DNA of 32,000 bases from Telmatocola sphagniphila (GCF_018398935.1 NZ_CP074694.1:2370001-2402000), one strand, 5' to 3'; shown: positions 1-9,711, counted from the stretch's first letter. Notes: generated by a model from the letters alone, not told the origin. Made by a program: numbers and translations.

Positions 1-1859
1 ACGAAGGGTTGGTCGGTAGGTTCCTGAACATTCGAAGATTAATGATTCCGACCTACCTTTTAATCAGTTTGGCTCTCATTGCCGTGGTGGGATCGCAGGT
101 GGGTCGGGAAATTGCGCCTCAAGTCGATGCCGGTCAATTTCAAATGCGTATTTCCGCTCCGACCGGAACCCGACTGGAAATCACCGAGGATCTGACCCGG
201 CAGGCGCTCGAGGTGATCAAAGCGAAAATCGGTGAAGATAATATTGCGATTTCCGTTTCTTATATCGGGACGACCGCACCCACATTCACGGCCAACGCCG
301 TGTATCTTTGGACCGCCGGTACCGATCAGGCGGTGGTCCGAATTTCCTTAAGACCCGAGGCGGGTCTTCGAGTGGAGGATGTCGAAGAAATATTACGAAA
401 AGAATTGAGCGAAAAGCTAATCGGCTGGTTGTCGAATAAACTCGTAGATGCGGGGGTTACACGAGAAGTGGCCATCCAACGGGCCGGCCGTTTGACGTTT
501 TCTTTCGAACCGGCTGACGTGGTTAACCAGGTTATGAGCTTCGGCGCAGCGACTCCCCTCGAAATCTCCGTCAGTGGACCTTACCAGGCAGAAAACCGGG
601 CTTATGCGGAGAAAGTCGCCGCAAAGTTGAGTGAGATTTCCACTTTGCGGGATCTCCGCTTCGTTCAAGCCAATGACTACCCGCGTATCAAAGTGGAAGT
701 CGATCGGGAACGTGCCGGATTGGCTGGCCTTACCGTTTCGGAAGCGGCTTCCTCACTGATCGCCGCCACCTATTCCAGTCGCTATGCTACAGTGGTGTTT
801 TGGGCGGATCCAAATAGCGGTATCGGTTACCAGGTCCAGGTTCAGGTGCCTCCCGCCCGAATGAACTCGATGTCCGAAGTCGGCGAAATTCCTGTGAAAG
901 CCACCTCTCAAGGGGGATCGGTTTTACTGAGAGACGTTGCTCGCATCGAAACTGGAACGATGCCGGAAGAATACGATCGTATTAATCAGAAGCGCATGGT
1001 CACAATCACGGCCAACGTCGTGGGTGATGATCTGGGACGAGCCGCAGATAAAATCGCCGAAGCTATTAAAGAAGTGGGCGAACCTCCCCGTGGAGCACGT
1101 ATTGAAATCGGCGGCCAGGTTCCCGCGATGAAATTGATGTTTAGCGGCCTCGCCTTCGGTTTGGTTCTCGCCATCGGCGTGGTGTTTCTGCTCTTAACCG
1201 CTTACTTCCAGTCGATACGCCTTGCTATCGTCTCGCTCGCCTCAACGCCAGCGGTAGTCGCAGGAGTCGCGCTCACTTTGTATCTGACGCACACGACGCT
1301 GAATATCGAATCGTTCATGGGAGCAATCATGGCGGTTGGCGTCTCGGTGGCGAATGCGATCCTTTTCGTGACTTTCGCGGAACGGGAAAGACAAGCCGGT
1401 TTGGGTGCTGCCCAGGCAGCAAAGACCGGCGCGGCGGATCGTTTCCGAGCTATACTGATGATGAGTTGCGCGATGATCGCCGGGATGATTCCCATGGCAT
1501 TGGGTATGGGAGAAGGGGGAGAACAAACCGCTCCGCTGGGTCGAGCGGTAGTCGGCGGGTTGGTCTTCACCACTTTCACCACCTTGCTGATACTGCCTTC
1601 CATTTTTGCCTTGGTAATGGGTAAGAGTGCAATCGGTTCTTCTTCTCTGCACCCCGATGATCCCGATAGCAAGTATTTCTCGCACGAAGCAATGCCGGTC
1701 GGTGCGCATACCCCGGCCGTACATCAATCGGCCGTGGAAGTTATTGATGACTCGATATTCCCGCCCGAGGGAACTGACGAATCTGCTGATTCCAATCCCA
1801 ATTCGTCGCCCTTAGATGAACGAAAAACTGATTCTGAAACCGATAAGCCTAAGGAGTAA
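1..1859 (+). CDS. RND-family efflux transporter permease (AcrB/CzcA superfamily), C-terminal part; 5' end lies upstream of the window
   Basis: The frame is open from base 3, and the TTG at 9 is only the first possible start in the track, so the gene is cut by the window edge. The translation shows a periplasmic porter/docking region followed by RND-type TM helices (GLAFGLVLAIGVVFLLLTAYFQS, SFMGAIMAVGVSVANAILFVTFAERE, RFRAILMMSCAMIAGMIPMALG, GGLVFTTFTTLLILPSIFALV). It ends in an ~80-aa acidic low-complexity tail. Confidence 0.9.
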   Translation, partial: EGLVGRFLNIRRLMIPTYLLISLALIAVVGSQVGREIAPQVDAGQFQMRISAPTGTRLEITEDLTRQALEVIKAKIGEDNIAISVSYIGTTAPTFTANAVYLWTAGTDQAVVRISLRPEAGLRVEDVEEILRKELSEKLIGWLSNKLVDAGVTREVAIQRAGRLTFSFEPADVVNQVMSFGAATPLEISVSGPYQAENRAYAEKVAAKLSEISTLRDLRFVQANDYPRIKVEVDRERAGLAGLTVSEAASSLIAATYSSRYATVVFWADPNSGIGYQVQVQVPPARMNSMSEVGEIPVKATSQGGSVLLRDVARIETGTMPEEYDRINQKRMVTITANVVGDDLGRAADKIAEAIKEVGEPPRGARIEIGGQVPAMKLMFSGLAFGLVLAIGVVFLLLTAYFQSIRLAIVSLASTPAVVAGVALTLYLTHTTLNIESFMGAIMAVGVSVANAILFVTFAERERQAGLGAAQAAKTGAADRFRAILMMSCAMIAGMIPMALGMGEGGEQTAPLGRAVVGGLVFTTFTTLLILPSIFALVMGKSAIGSSSLHPDDPDSKYFSHEAMPVGAHTPAVHQSAVEVIDDSIFPPEGTDESADSNPNSSPLDERKTDSETDKPKE

Positions 1860-1861
1860 TT

Positions 1862-3262
1862 ATGGACGTTCTCACAGAACCAAAATCTGGGAATGGCGCC
1901 CACTTGGGCGCGAAATTTGTCTGGATCCTTCTCGCCACTTTGCCAATCCTCAGCAGCGGCTGCGGTAAGAAAGTCGCCGCTAAGGCGATCGTAGAGATTC
2001 GCCAGGTAGAAGTCACCAATCCGGTACGTGCCAATATCACTCGTTTGATTGAACAGCCGGGATTTTTACGGCCGTACGAAGAAACTCCGATTTACACCAA
2101 GATCGCCGGCTACGTCGATCAGGTTAACGTCGATATTGGTGATCACGTCACCAAAAACTCGGCGCTGGCCAAACTCTGGGTGCCGGAAATGGTCCAGACC
2201 CTTCATGTGAAGGAGGCCATGATTAAGCAGGCCGAGGCGGACGTCAATCAATCCAAGGAAGCTGCCAACTCGGCCAAGGCTTTCGTCGTGGCGGCCAAAG
2301 CTCGCATCCAGGAAGCCATTGCCGGTGTCAATCGGTCCAAGGCGGATGTCGAACGGTGGCAATTGGAATACGATCGAGGTCGAAAATTGTCTACATCCGG
2401 CGTATACGACAGACAGACTCTCGAAGAAACGCAAAGCCAACTGCGTTCTACTCAAGCCATCGAGGAAGAAGCCCGAGCGAAACTGGAAACAGCCCGCGCC
2501 AATTTCGAACAATCGAGTGCTCAGTTCCATAAAGCTGAGGCGGATATCGAATCGGCTTCCGCTCGATTACTAGTGGCCAAGGCCGATTTTAATCAGTGGA
2601 AGGATTGGCTGGCCTACTCCGAAATTCGGGCTCCTTTCGATGGTATCATTACGCTTCGAAATGTTCACACGGGGCACTTCCTGCAACCTTCGGCATCGGG
2701 TTCATCCATTGCCACGGCTCATCCTTTATTCACCATGATGAGAACCGATATTATGCGGCTCGCCGTTCAGATACCGGAGAAAGACGCTGTTTTGGTCAAA
2801 GAAGGCGATCCGGCTCTGATTCGATTTCAGGCCCTTCCAGGAAAAGAATTCACCGATAAAATCACTCGTTTCTCCTGGTCTTTGGATGAACACTCCCGAA
2901 CTCTCACCGCTGAGATTCATCTGAAGAATACCAAAAATGAACTTCGGCCCGGCATGTATGCCAACGTCACCATCTCCGCAATACTTCCGGATGCTATGAA
3001 ATTGCCCCCCGAAGCGGTGCTGACCGATGGCGATATCAGCTACTGCTTCCGCGTGGAAAATGGTAAGGCTCGAAAGACGATTCTTCGGCTTGGGGTTCAG
3101 ACGACGGACGCCGTTCAGGTTCTCCAAATGTTATCCGAAGAACCCAAACCAAACCTTCCAATCAAATGGGAAACCATCACAGGAAAAGAGCAGATCGTCA
3201 CCTCCAATCCGGGCTCACTCGTCGATGGTCAAAATGTGGAAGTGAAGATAGCTAAACAGTAA
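1862..3262 (+). CDS. Efflux RND transporter periplasmic adaptor subunit (HlyD/MFP family), probable lipoprotein
   Basis: The ATG lies 2 nt after the permease stop and is preceded by AAGGAG (1850-1855). The N-terminus has a hydrophobic leader ending in SSGC (lipobox-like). The middle is a long coiled-coil segment rich in A/E/K/Q. The C-terminal barrel motifs (IRAPFDGIITLRNVHTGHF, LRPGMYANVTI) are typical of membrane fusion proteins. Confidence 0.88.
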   Translation: MDVLTEPKSGNGAHLGAKFVWILLATLPILSSGCGKKVAAKAIVEIRQVEVTNPVRANITRLIEQPGFLRPYEETPIYTKIAGYVDQVNVDIGDHVTKNSALAKLWVPEMVQTLHVKEAMIKQAEADVNQSKEAANSAKAFVVAAKARIQEAIAGVNRSKADVERWQLEYDRGRKLSTSGVYDRQTLEETQSQLRSTQAIEEEARAKLETARANFEQSSAQFHKAEADIESASARLLVAKADFNQWKDWLAYSEIRAPFDGIITLRNVHTGHFLQPSASGSSIATAHPLFTMMRTDIMRLAVQIPEKDAVLVKEGDPALIRFQALPGKEFTDKITRFSWSLDEHSRTLTAEIHLKNTKNELRPGMYANVTISAILPDAMKLPPEAVLTDGDISYCFRVENGKARKTILRLGVQTTDAVQVLQMLSEEPKPNLPIKWETITGKEQIVTSNPGSLVDGQNVEVKIAKQ

Positions 3263-3353
3263 TTGACCCGGTAAAAGCCAACCGAAACTGGCTGTCAATT
3301 CACTGAGACGGACGAGTCTCTTGGCTACTGCTCAAATTGCAACTGGACTGCTG

Positions 3354-3390
3354 AACTTCTGAGGCAACTATTGAGCCTCAGAAGTTTTTT
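3354..3390 (+). terminator. Rho-independent terminator of the RND operon
   Basis: A perfect 12-bp stem (aacttctgaggc / gcctcagaagtt) with a 9-nt loop, running directly into a T6 tract (3385-3390). It sits 92 nt after the adaptor stop. Confidence 0.85.
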
Positions 3391-3578
3391 CCGTTTAAGT
3401 GCTTCGGTTTTTTGTTCCGGGAACAACTCAGACACCGCTCCCATCAGACTCACCCCTGCTCCAGTGCGCGAAGCTTTCTGGAACGCCTGTAGTGTTGGAA
3501 AGAGTTTCACGCGAGTCCACTCCTCACAGCTTTGATTACCGGTTTTCCCGATTCTTAAAAAGTGATTCGGAGAGCTTC

Positions 3579-4853
3579 ATGGATCGTCGTCGCTTTGTCG
3601 CCTCGGGACTGGTCGCATCGCTCAGCACGACAGTGCTGGAAAACCGCACTTTCGCCGCCGCAGAAACGACGTCTCGCAAGAGGATCGCTTTCCTCGGTAC
3701 CGTCGTCCACCAGCACTCGCACGCACAGCATTTTTTGGATCGCTTCGCCATGGGATACAACTGGGGTGGCATGTGGCAGGCGCCCCGGCTCGATATCGCT
3801 TCGATTTTTATCGATCAGTTTCCTAAAGACGATCTCGCGAAAGCTCGCATTGCCAAATACAAATTGAAAGCGGTGCCGACGATTGCAGATGCTCTGACCT
3901 TGGGGACCGAAAAGCTCGCCGTCGACGGAGTGGTCCTGATCGCCGAGCATGGCGACTATCCTGTGAACGAAAAAGGGCAAAAGCGCTATCCTCGGTATCA
4001 ATGGTTTCAGGAGATTGTCAAGGTCTTCGAGAAAACCGGTCAATCCTGTCCAGTGTTCAACGACAAGCATCTCTCCACGGACTGGGAAGAATGCGTGAAA
4101 ATGGTAGCAGACGCACGACGTCTGAGATTTCCCTTCCTGGCCGGTTTCTCCCTCCCCGCGACCAGGCGACTCCCGTCGATCGACCTGCCGCTGGGGGTCC
4201 CTTTGGAAGAGAGCGTCTGTGTCGGCTACGGAGGCGTTGACAGTTACGATATCCACGGACTGGAAACGGCCCAATGCATGTCCGAACGCCGTCAAGGGGG
4301 CGAAGTGGGTGTGAGCAGCGTGCTCGCCTTGAAAGGACAAAAGGTGTGGGAAGAACTAGCCAGGCCCGAACGCAAATCGACCCGGCAATTACTCGTCGCC
4401 GCTCTAAGTCGTAGCCACAATCTTCCCGTCGAAGGGGGCTATCCGTCAGATCCGATCAGCTTTGACTGGGCCCGGAAAGCACTTCTCGACTCTACGGCCT
4501 ATCTCATCGAACATCGCGACGGCTTCCGAACTACGATGTTGCTAGCTCCCATCCGCGATTTTAATTATGCCGGCTTGCGAAAAGACACAGGCGAGATCCT
4601 CTCCTGCCAGATGTATCTCCCGATGCCGTCTTACGGGGCTACGACAGCGGACTTCTTCAACCCCCTGGCGCGGCATATCGAGAATATGATCTTAACGGGT
4701 CAGGCGCCCTACCCGGTCGAGCGAACGCTCTTGACCTCCGGAATGGTCATCGGGGGCGTCGATTCATTGCACGCCGGCCAGTCTCTCGTTAAGACCCCTA
4801 AACTGGCAGTGAAGTACGCCGGTCCGAAGGAATCGACCTACTGGCGAGAGTAA
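3579..4853 (+). CDS. Tat-signal exported protein, divergent Gfo/Idh/MocA-like (Rossmann-type) fold suspected; function unknown
   Basis: I start the gene at ATG 3579 (MDRRRFVASGLVASLSTTVLENRTFAAA, a twin-arginine leader) rather than at track start 3399, which begins 9 nt after the upstream terminator. The segments RIAFLGTVV...VDGVVLIAEHGDYP...CPVFNDKHLSTDWEECVKMVADARRL parallel the layout of Gfo/Idh/MocA oxidoreductases, but there is no clear GxGxxG motif. Confidence 0.75.
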   Translation: MDRRRFVASGLVASLSTTVLENRTFAAAETTSRKRIAFLGTVVHQHSHAQHFLDRFAMGYNWGGMWQAPRLDIASIFIDQFPKDDLAKARIAKYKLKAVPTIADALTLGTEKLAVDGVVLIAEHGDYPVNEKGQKRYPRYQWFQEIVKVFEKTGQSCPVFNDKHLSTDWEECVKMVADARRLRFPFLAGFSLPATRRLPSIDLPLGVPLEESVCVGYGGVDSYDIHGLETAQCMSERRQGGEVGVSSVLALKGQKVWEELARPERKSTRQLLVAALSRSHNLPVEGGYPSDPISFDWARKALLDSTAYLIEHRDGFRTTMLLAPIRDFNYAGLRKDTGEILSCQMYLPMPSYGATTADFFNPLARHIENMILTGQAPYPVERTLLTSGMVIGGVDSLHAGQSLVKTPKLAVKYAGPKESTYWRE

Positions 4854-4925
4854 TAAGGAATCTCTCGCCTAAGTGACAGCGACGTCGTGAATGCAATTTG
4901 GAAATCCTGACTTGATTTGCCTCGC

Positions 4926-6425
4926 TCAGCGACGCGGATTGCCTTCCCACAAGCTAGCGATTATGGCGTATCCGACAGGGTCCTGATCCTTCAATTCGCA
5001 GCGGATAAAGGGGTAGTGATCGCTGACAAGAAAATAACTTTTCATCAACTCGGCAAAATATTCCCTGTCACTGCTTAACGATGGGTGGGGTACGCGTTGG
5101 CCGTCAAATCGGAGAACCGATTCATATTTACCACTCTTTTTGGCCTGTTCGTAAGCGGCCTTGACCTTCTTGCCCAGTTCGGAATCTTTCTTCGAAGCCT
5201 GGCGATCGTAATAGGCGAGCGCCAATTCCTGGAGCAAGTCGGACTGCTGGAGCAAAACCCATTTCTGCATGCGTTCCGGATCGCGGATCTCCATCGCTCC
5301 AGATTTGTCTGGATTCACGCCTTCACTCGCCAACAATTCCCTGCTTCCGCAATACCGAACGTAAGGACCGGCCGTCTGGCCGATCTCCAGCCAGATCGGC
5401 ACTTCGTGCAGTTGCCTACGTCCCGGCTCGCCTAAGAAGTGGTTGATCATATGCAACTTATAGTTCAGAAGCGTTACCATCGTCGAACAAAGTCCAGGTT
5501 GTTCCAGCAATTGTGGGCTGATATAGACGGTCCAGCCCTCCACATTCCGTTTTTCGTATCGAGAAGTGGGAGTGAATTTTTCAGTGGCTGGAGAGTCCTT
5601 GGCGAACTCCGGGCGAGAAGATTTCTGATTTCTCATTTGCAGGTAGGTCACCAGTTCTTTCTCTTTCTTCAATATCTCTTCCGGCTGGACGCCCCAGTAA
5701 CGTTCGAGAATCCGAACCATTTGCGGATCGTGCTCCCGGAGTTCCGCCCGGACGAATGGGTAGAAGTCGTTGACAGCAAAGTAGGCTTCGGTGCTTTCCG
5801 CCCAATATTCCATGCGATTGGTTCGAGCGTAATGGGAACCGATCCGGCCGTCCCAGATTTTGACTTTCTCGTATTTCCCCTCTTTCATCATCCGCTCGTA
5901 ATTCGCTTGGCATTCCGCATTGCCGTAGTCGCTCCCTTGGCCGATGAAGTGAAAATCGTAGGCATGCGCCAACTCGTGGAACACGACAAACGGATGGCGA
6001 TAGCTATCTCCCAGATGCGTCTTGATGCTCAGCGACATAAACGACTTCGGGTCTTTGGGAATCGTATATCCCTGATCGAGCAGCCAATTCCGGTCCGGAT
6101 GATAAGACAAGTCCACTTTCTCCTGGTACTCGATCAAAAGCGCGTTGTTTTCCTGCATGTTGGTGACCGCTAATGCGGGCGCAGCTAACTTGATCTGGTA
6201 GAGTTCCCAGCGCAGGTGTTCCAACGTCTGGGCCATCGGCTTGGGATATTGCTTGCTTGCCGCGCGATTGACGTAAACAGTCCAACCTTCCAGGTTGCGT
6301 ATCTCAAAACGGTCCTCAGAACTCGCCTTCGCGGCCGGAGAATCCTGAGCCAGTACCCGCGATCCCGATAGATCAGAAAGAGCTGTTCTCAGCCCCAGGA
6401 TGATTACGACGATCAAATACTTCAT
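4926..6425 (-). CDS. Secreted putative zinc metallopeptidase (HExxH ... EYWAE, gluzincin-like) with a tandem duplicated, His-less second module
   Basis: Signal peptide MKYLIVVIILGLRTALSDLSGSRVLAQ. HELAH is encoded at 5964-5978 (minus strand), and a downstream MEYWAESTEAYF could supply a third ligand. The second half repeats the same module with QELAL at 5217-5231. Confidence 0.8.
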   Translation of the reverse strand: MKYLIVVIILGLRTALSDLSGSRVLAQDSPAAKASSEDRFEIRNLEGWTVYVNRAASKQYPKPMAQTLEHLRWELYQIKLAAPALAVTNMQENNALLIEYQEKVDLSYHPDRNWLLDQGYTIPKDPKSFMSLSIKTHLGDSYRHPFVVFHELAHAYDFHFIGQGSDYGNAECQANYERMMKEGKYEKVKIWDGRIGSHYARTNRMEYWAESTEAYFAVNDFYPFVRAELREHDPQMVRILERYWGVQPEEILKKEKELVTYLQMRNQKSSRPEFAKDSPATEKFTPTSRYEKRNVEGWTVYISPQLLEQPGLCSTMVTLLNYKLHMINHFLGEPGRRQLHEVPIWLEIGQTAGPYVRYCGSRELLASEGVNPDKSGAMEIRDPERMQKWVLLQQSDLLQELALAYYDRQASKKDSELGKKVKAAYEQAKKSGKYESVLRFDGQRVPHPSLSSDREYFAELMKSYFLVSDHYPFIRCELKDQDPVGYAIIASLWEGNPRR

Positions 6426-6918
6426 AGGTTTTCCAAGTTTCTCATGGCATGAATTTCCGAAAGTTTCGCTGGCCGAAATAACGAAGCCATTTCTAAAAGC
6501 CGCTTAACAGCAGTGAGGGGATCGCAATTAAACGCACGAGATTAAATCCAAAACGCTGAAGACCGGCGAGAAGGGCAATCAGCCGTCAGGGGCCCTGCTC
6601 CTCTAAAACTTGATTTAGCAAATTTGGCCTGCTCCCTGCGGGAGAAATTGAAAAAACTGGAAATTCCAGAATGTGACGGAACGGGCCCAAGGCGTGATGC
6701 TTTCGGATGAAAAAGCCGATTATTCTTTGGCTCCGACACGTGCGAAGGAACCCGGACGAATCTGTCCCGCTTCTAACCGTTCGGCGCGGACCTCTAACTC
6801 CCGGAACGCTCTTCGCCGGCGGCCGGGAGAACCTTCAGATCAAGTGCTTCCTTCAATAGGCCTAATAAAATCGGAGCTCGAACTCCAGGAATTGCTCGAA
6901 ATAGGGTTGTTTGTACCC

Positions 6919-9711
6919 TCAATTCCGTTCCAAAATTTCGCGAACTTTTCGAGCCAGCGAGGTCGGCGTGTAGGGTTTTTGCAAAAAGGAGACTTCGAGA
7001 TCGAGAATTCCATGGCGAATAACAGCATCCTCGGTGTATCCGCTCGCATAAAGAACTTTCAATTTAGGCGTTTTTTGAGTTAGGACTTCTGACAATTCTC
7101 TACCGCTCATACCGGGCATAATCACGTCGGTCAGGAGCAAATCGATACCTCCCTGATGCCGTTGAACCACGTCCAGAGCTTCCTTACCGGATTCCGCCGT
7201 TAGCACGGTATATCCCTGGGAAGTTAAAATCAGAGATGCAATATTGCGGACACTGGCCTCATCTTCCACGAGCAGAATGGTTTCGGTACCGCCTCGAGGT
7301 TTTGCCAGCTGAATATCCGCTCGAGTGGTCTTCTCGGTGCCCGGGACTATAGGAAAGTAAATCTTAAAAGTCGTGCCGAATCCCGCTTCGCTGTATAAGG
7401 CAATATGTCCTCCACATTGCTTAACGATTCCATAAACCGTTGCCAAACCCAGGCCAGTTCCTTTTCCGACTTCTTTGGTAGTAAAAAAAGGTTCGAAAAT
7501 ATGCGATTGAACTTCCGCAGTCATGCCATTGCCGTTATCGCTGATAACTAGTTTGACGTATCGCCCCGACGCGCATCCCGATTGCGAAGGGAAATCGGCA
7601 TCTTCCATATCCACTTCGCTCGTTTCAAAGATCAGCTGCCCTCCTCGAGGCATTGCGTCCCGAGAATTGATGGCCAAGTTCATCAGGATCTGGCCAATGT
7701 GACTACTATCCACTTTGATACTGCCGATATTTTCCTGAAGATACGTGATGAGACGAATATCTTCGCCGATCATGCGCCGAAGCAATCTCTCATTATCGCG
7801 AACCAGTTCATTCAGATCCAGCGTGCGGATCTCCAGCACAGATTTTCTGCTGAACGCCAGCAGTTGACGGGTCAATCCCGCCGCTCGCAACCCGGCATTC
7901 TGAATTTCATTGAGTAATTCCCTTTGCGAATCCTCCGGGGGGAGAGCTTCGATCAATAGATCGCAGTATCCCAAGATGATGGTCAACAGGTTATTGAAGT
8001 CGTGAGCGATCCCACCCGCCAGTTGCCCGACGGCTTCCATCTTCTGAGCTTGTAGAAACTGGGACTCCAGTTTCCGACGAGACGTCACATCGACTTGAAC
8101 TGCAACATAGTGAGTGAGCAATCCCGCATCATCGCGGATCGGAGATAACGAAACGGCGTTCCAAAAAGGAGTTCCATCTTTGCGATAATTCAATATTTCG
8201 ACACTGCAAGGTACTCCATTCTCGACGGCATTTTTCATTAGCTTGATGCTAAGGGGATCGGAATCTTTACCTTGGAGGAACCGACAGTTAAGACCCAAAA
8301 AATCAGAAGATTGATACCCGGTGATAGTCTCACAAGCGGGGCTGACATAGACGATTGGATGATTCGGCAGAGTGACATCGGCGATCATCAATCCCTGGGT
8401 AGCCGCTTTGATCGCGCGATCATGAAGCAAGAGGGCTTCTTCTGTTTTTTTACGTTCGGTGACGTCGATATGGATTCCGAACCATTCCCGAATGCTTCCA
8501 TCGAGGTTTAAGATAGGGACTGCCCTAGCCACCATATGGCGGTAAAGCCCATCGACCCGGCGCAGACGATGTTCCACGTAGTAGATCCATTTCTGCTCAA
8601 AAGCCTCGCTCCAGACTTTTGCAGTCCTGTCCCGGTCTTCCGGATGGATGGCGTTAAGCCAACCCCAGCCGCGCAATTCCTCGAAGGTTTGGCCGGTGAA
8701 CGAACTCCAATCGGGCTGGTCTGTTTCGAATCCTCCCGACTGCGGCGTACTCCAGACAATCGCTGACGTGGCTTCCACTAGTGTCCGATAGCGTTCTTCA
8801 CTGGCCTTCAAGGAATCCTCCGACCGTTTCCTGTCGGTGATGTCTCGGATATTGCATTGGATAACCAAGGTGCCCAGGACATCGTAAGAATTACTCACGA
8901 ACTCGACATCGATATGCTGTCCCGACTTGGTCAAAAGCGGATAGCATTCGTAACGAACATACCCCAATTTTTGCAACTTCTTGAATAACTCTTTGTTGGC
9001 CACAATATCCTTTAATAAACCGATTTCCCAGAGTTCTTTACCCACTAATTCGTTCGGCGGAAATTCTAAAAGGTTAGCTAAAAAAGGATTCGCTTCCTGG
9101 ATTTTCCGAGTCGAAGAATCGAGGATGAGAATCCCGTCCTGTGCCGCCTCAAAAAGACGGCGATAACGCATTTCCGAAGCGACCAAATCCGCTGAGGATA
9201 TCGCTTTCTGCAGGGAACATGAAGTTCGCGAAACCGGTTCCAGTGAATGGGCCGACTCGCTATAACTTTCCGGAGTCGCGGCCGAGGAGTCGCCCTTTAA
9301 TGGCGGAACATTGCAGCGCGTCGTCTGAACGAAACCCACGGGTTGCGAGAGGGAATTTTGCAACTGGGTTAGTGTGATGGACGCGCAGAAAGTTACTCCG
9401 TGGGCCGTACAACACCATTCGGATTTTTCCAGGGATCCCTCGGTGGCCGCCAGTTGTAAGTTTTGGGAAGGCTTTTGAGCCAAGATCTGGGCGGGAGCGA
9501 ACAGGCGGGAATAATTCCGAGAGACAATTTCCGCGGCAGTGTATCCAAATATCCTTTCCGCCCCTCGGTTCCAACTGAGCACCGTTCCCGCTGGATCCAG
9601 TGTGAATGTGGCCGAGTTCGGAGTCGGGTGGTGCAGACCGTCCGGAGGATCTTGCGGTCCTAGAGGTGAATGGATTTTAGCGGGGATCGTAGCATCGAGT
9701 GGGTCATTCAT
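6919..9711 (-). CDS. Hybrid sensor histidine kinase: PAS-PAS-PAS/PAC-LOV-HisKA-HATPase_c-REC
   Basis: H-box GGIAHDFNNLL (His codon 8002-8004). ATPase G-boxes DNGNGM and GKGTGLGLATVYG. C-terminal receiver ILLVEDEASVRN...LLLTDVIMPGMSG...LYASGY. I prefer ATG 9711 (MNDPLD) to the track's TTG at 9729; either start is possible. Confidence 0.93.
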   Translation of the reverse strand: MNDPLDATIPAKIHSPLGPQDPPDGLHHPTPNSATFTLDPAGTVLSWNRGAERIFGYTAAEIVSRNYSRLFAPAQILAQKPSQNLQLAATEGSLEKSEWCCTAHGVTFCASITLTQLQNSLSQPVGFVQTTRCNVPPLKGDSSAATPESYSESAHSLEPVSRTSCSLQKAISSADLVASEMRYRRLFEAAQDGILILDSSTRKIQEANPFLANLLEFPPNELVGKELWEIGLLKDIVANKELFKKLQKLGYVRYECYPLLTKSGQHIDVEFVSNSYDVLGTLVIQCNIRDITDRKRSEDSLKASEERYRTLVEATSAIVWSTPQSGGFETDQPDWSSFTGQTFEELRGWGWLNAIHPEDRDRTAKVWSEAFEQKWIYYVEHRLRRVDGLYRHMVARAVPILNLDGSIREWFGIHIDVTERKKTEEALLLHDRAIKAATQGLMIADVTLPNHPIVYVSPACETITGYQSSDFLGLNCRFLQGKDSDPLSIKLMKNAVENGVPCSVEILNYRKDGTPFWNAVSLSPIRDDAGLLTHYVAVQVDVTSRRKLESQFLQAQKMEAVGQLAGGIAHDFNNLLTIILGYCDLLIEALPPEDSQRELLNEIQNAGLRAAGLTRQLLAFSRKSVLEIRTLDLNELVRDNERLLRRMIGEDIRLITYLQENIGSIKVDSSHIGQILMNLAINSRDAMPRGGQLIFETSEVDMEDADFPSQSGCASGRYVKLVISDNGNGMTAEVQSHIFEPFFTTKEVGKGTGLGLATVYGIVKQCGGHIALYSEAGFGTTFKIYFPIVPGTEKTTRADIQLAKPRGGTETILLVEDEASVRNIASLILTSQGYTVLTAESGKEALDVVQRHQGGIDLLLTDVIMPGMSGRELSEVLTQKTPKLKVLYASGYTEDAVIRHGILDLEVSFLQKPYTPTSLARKVREILERN
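8080..8421 (-). other. LOV (light-oxygen-voltage, flavin-binding) PAS subdomain inside the hybrid kinase
   Basis: IADVTLPNHPIVYVSPACETITGYQSSDFLGLNCRFLQGKDSDP...NYRKDGTPFWNAVSLSPIRDDAGLLTHYVAVQVDVT. NCRFLQ is encoded at 8272-8289, and the adduct-forming Cys is residue 482 in track-ORF numbering. The motif and its flanks closely match the YtvA/phototropin LOV consensus. Confidence 0.85.

Noticed and set aside
3399-3578. The N-terminal 60-aa extension of the track ORF 3399-4853.
   Set aside because: The extension begins 9 nt after a strong terminator and is Pro/Ser/Cys-rich. A canonical Tat leader starts at the internal ATG 3579.
3555-4340. A 261-aa minus-strand ORF.
   Set aside because: It is antisense to the Tat-signal protein gene. 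The translation is Arg/His/Gly-rich with no motif, so I treat it as a shadow ORF.
5439-6173. A 244-aa plus-strand ORF.
   Set aside because: It is antisense to the metallopeptidase gene, whose HExxH motif, signal peptide and internal repeat support the minus strand.
6426-6918. ORFs 6542-6739 (-) and 6673-7083 (+), and several short hairpins (ctcccgg...ccgggag at about 6800-6831) between the hybrid kinase and the peptidase gene.
   Set aside because: The ORFs have an implausible composition and overlap the kinase 3' end. The hairpins lack U-tracts, so no confident terminator call is possible.
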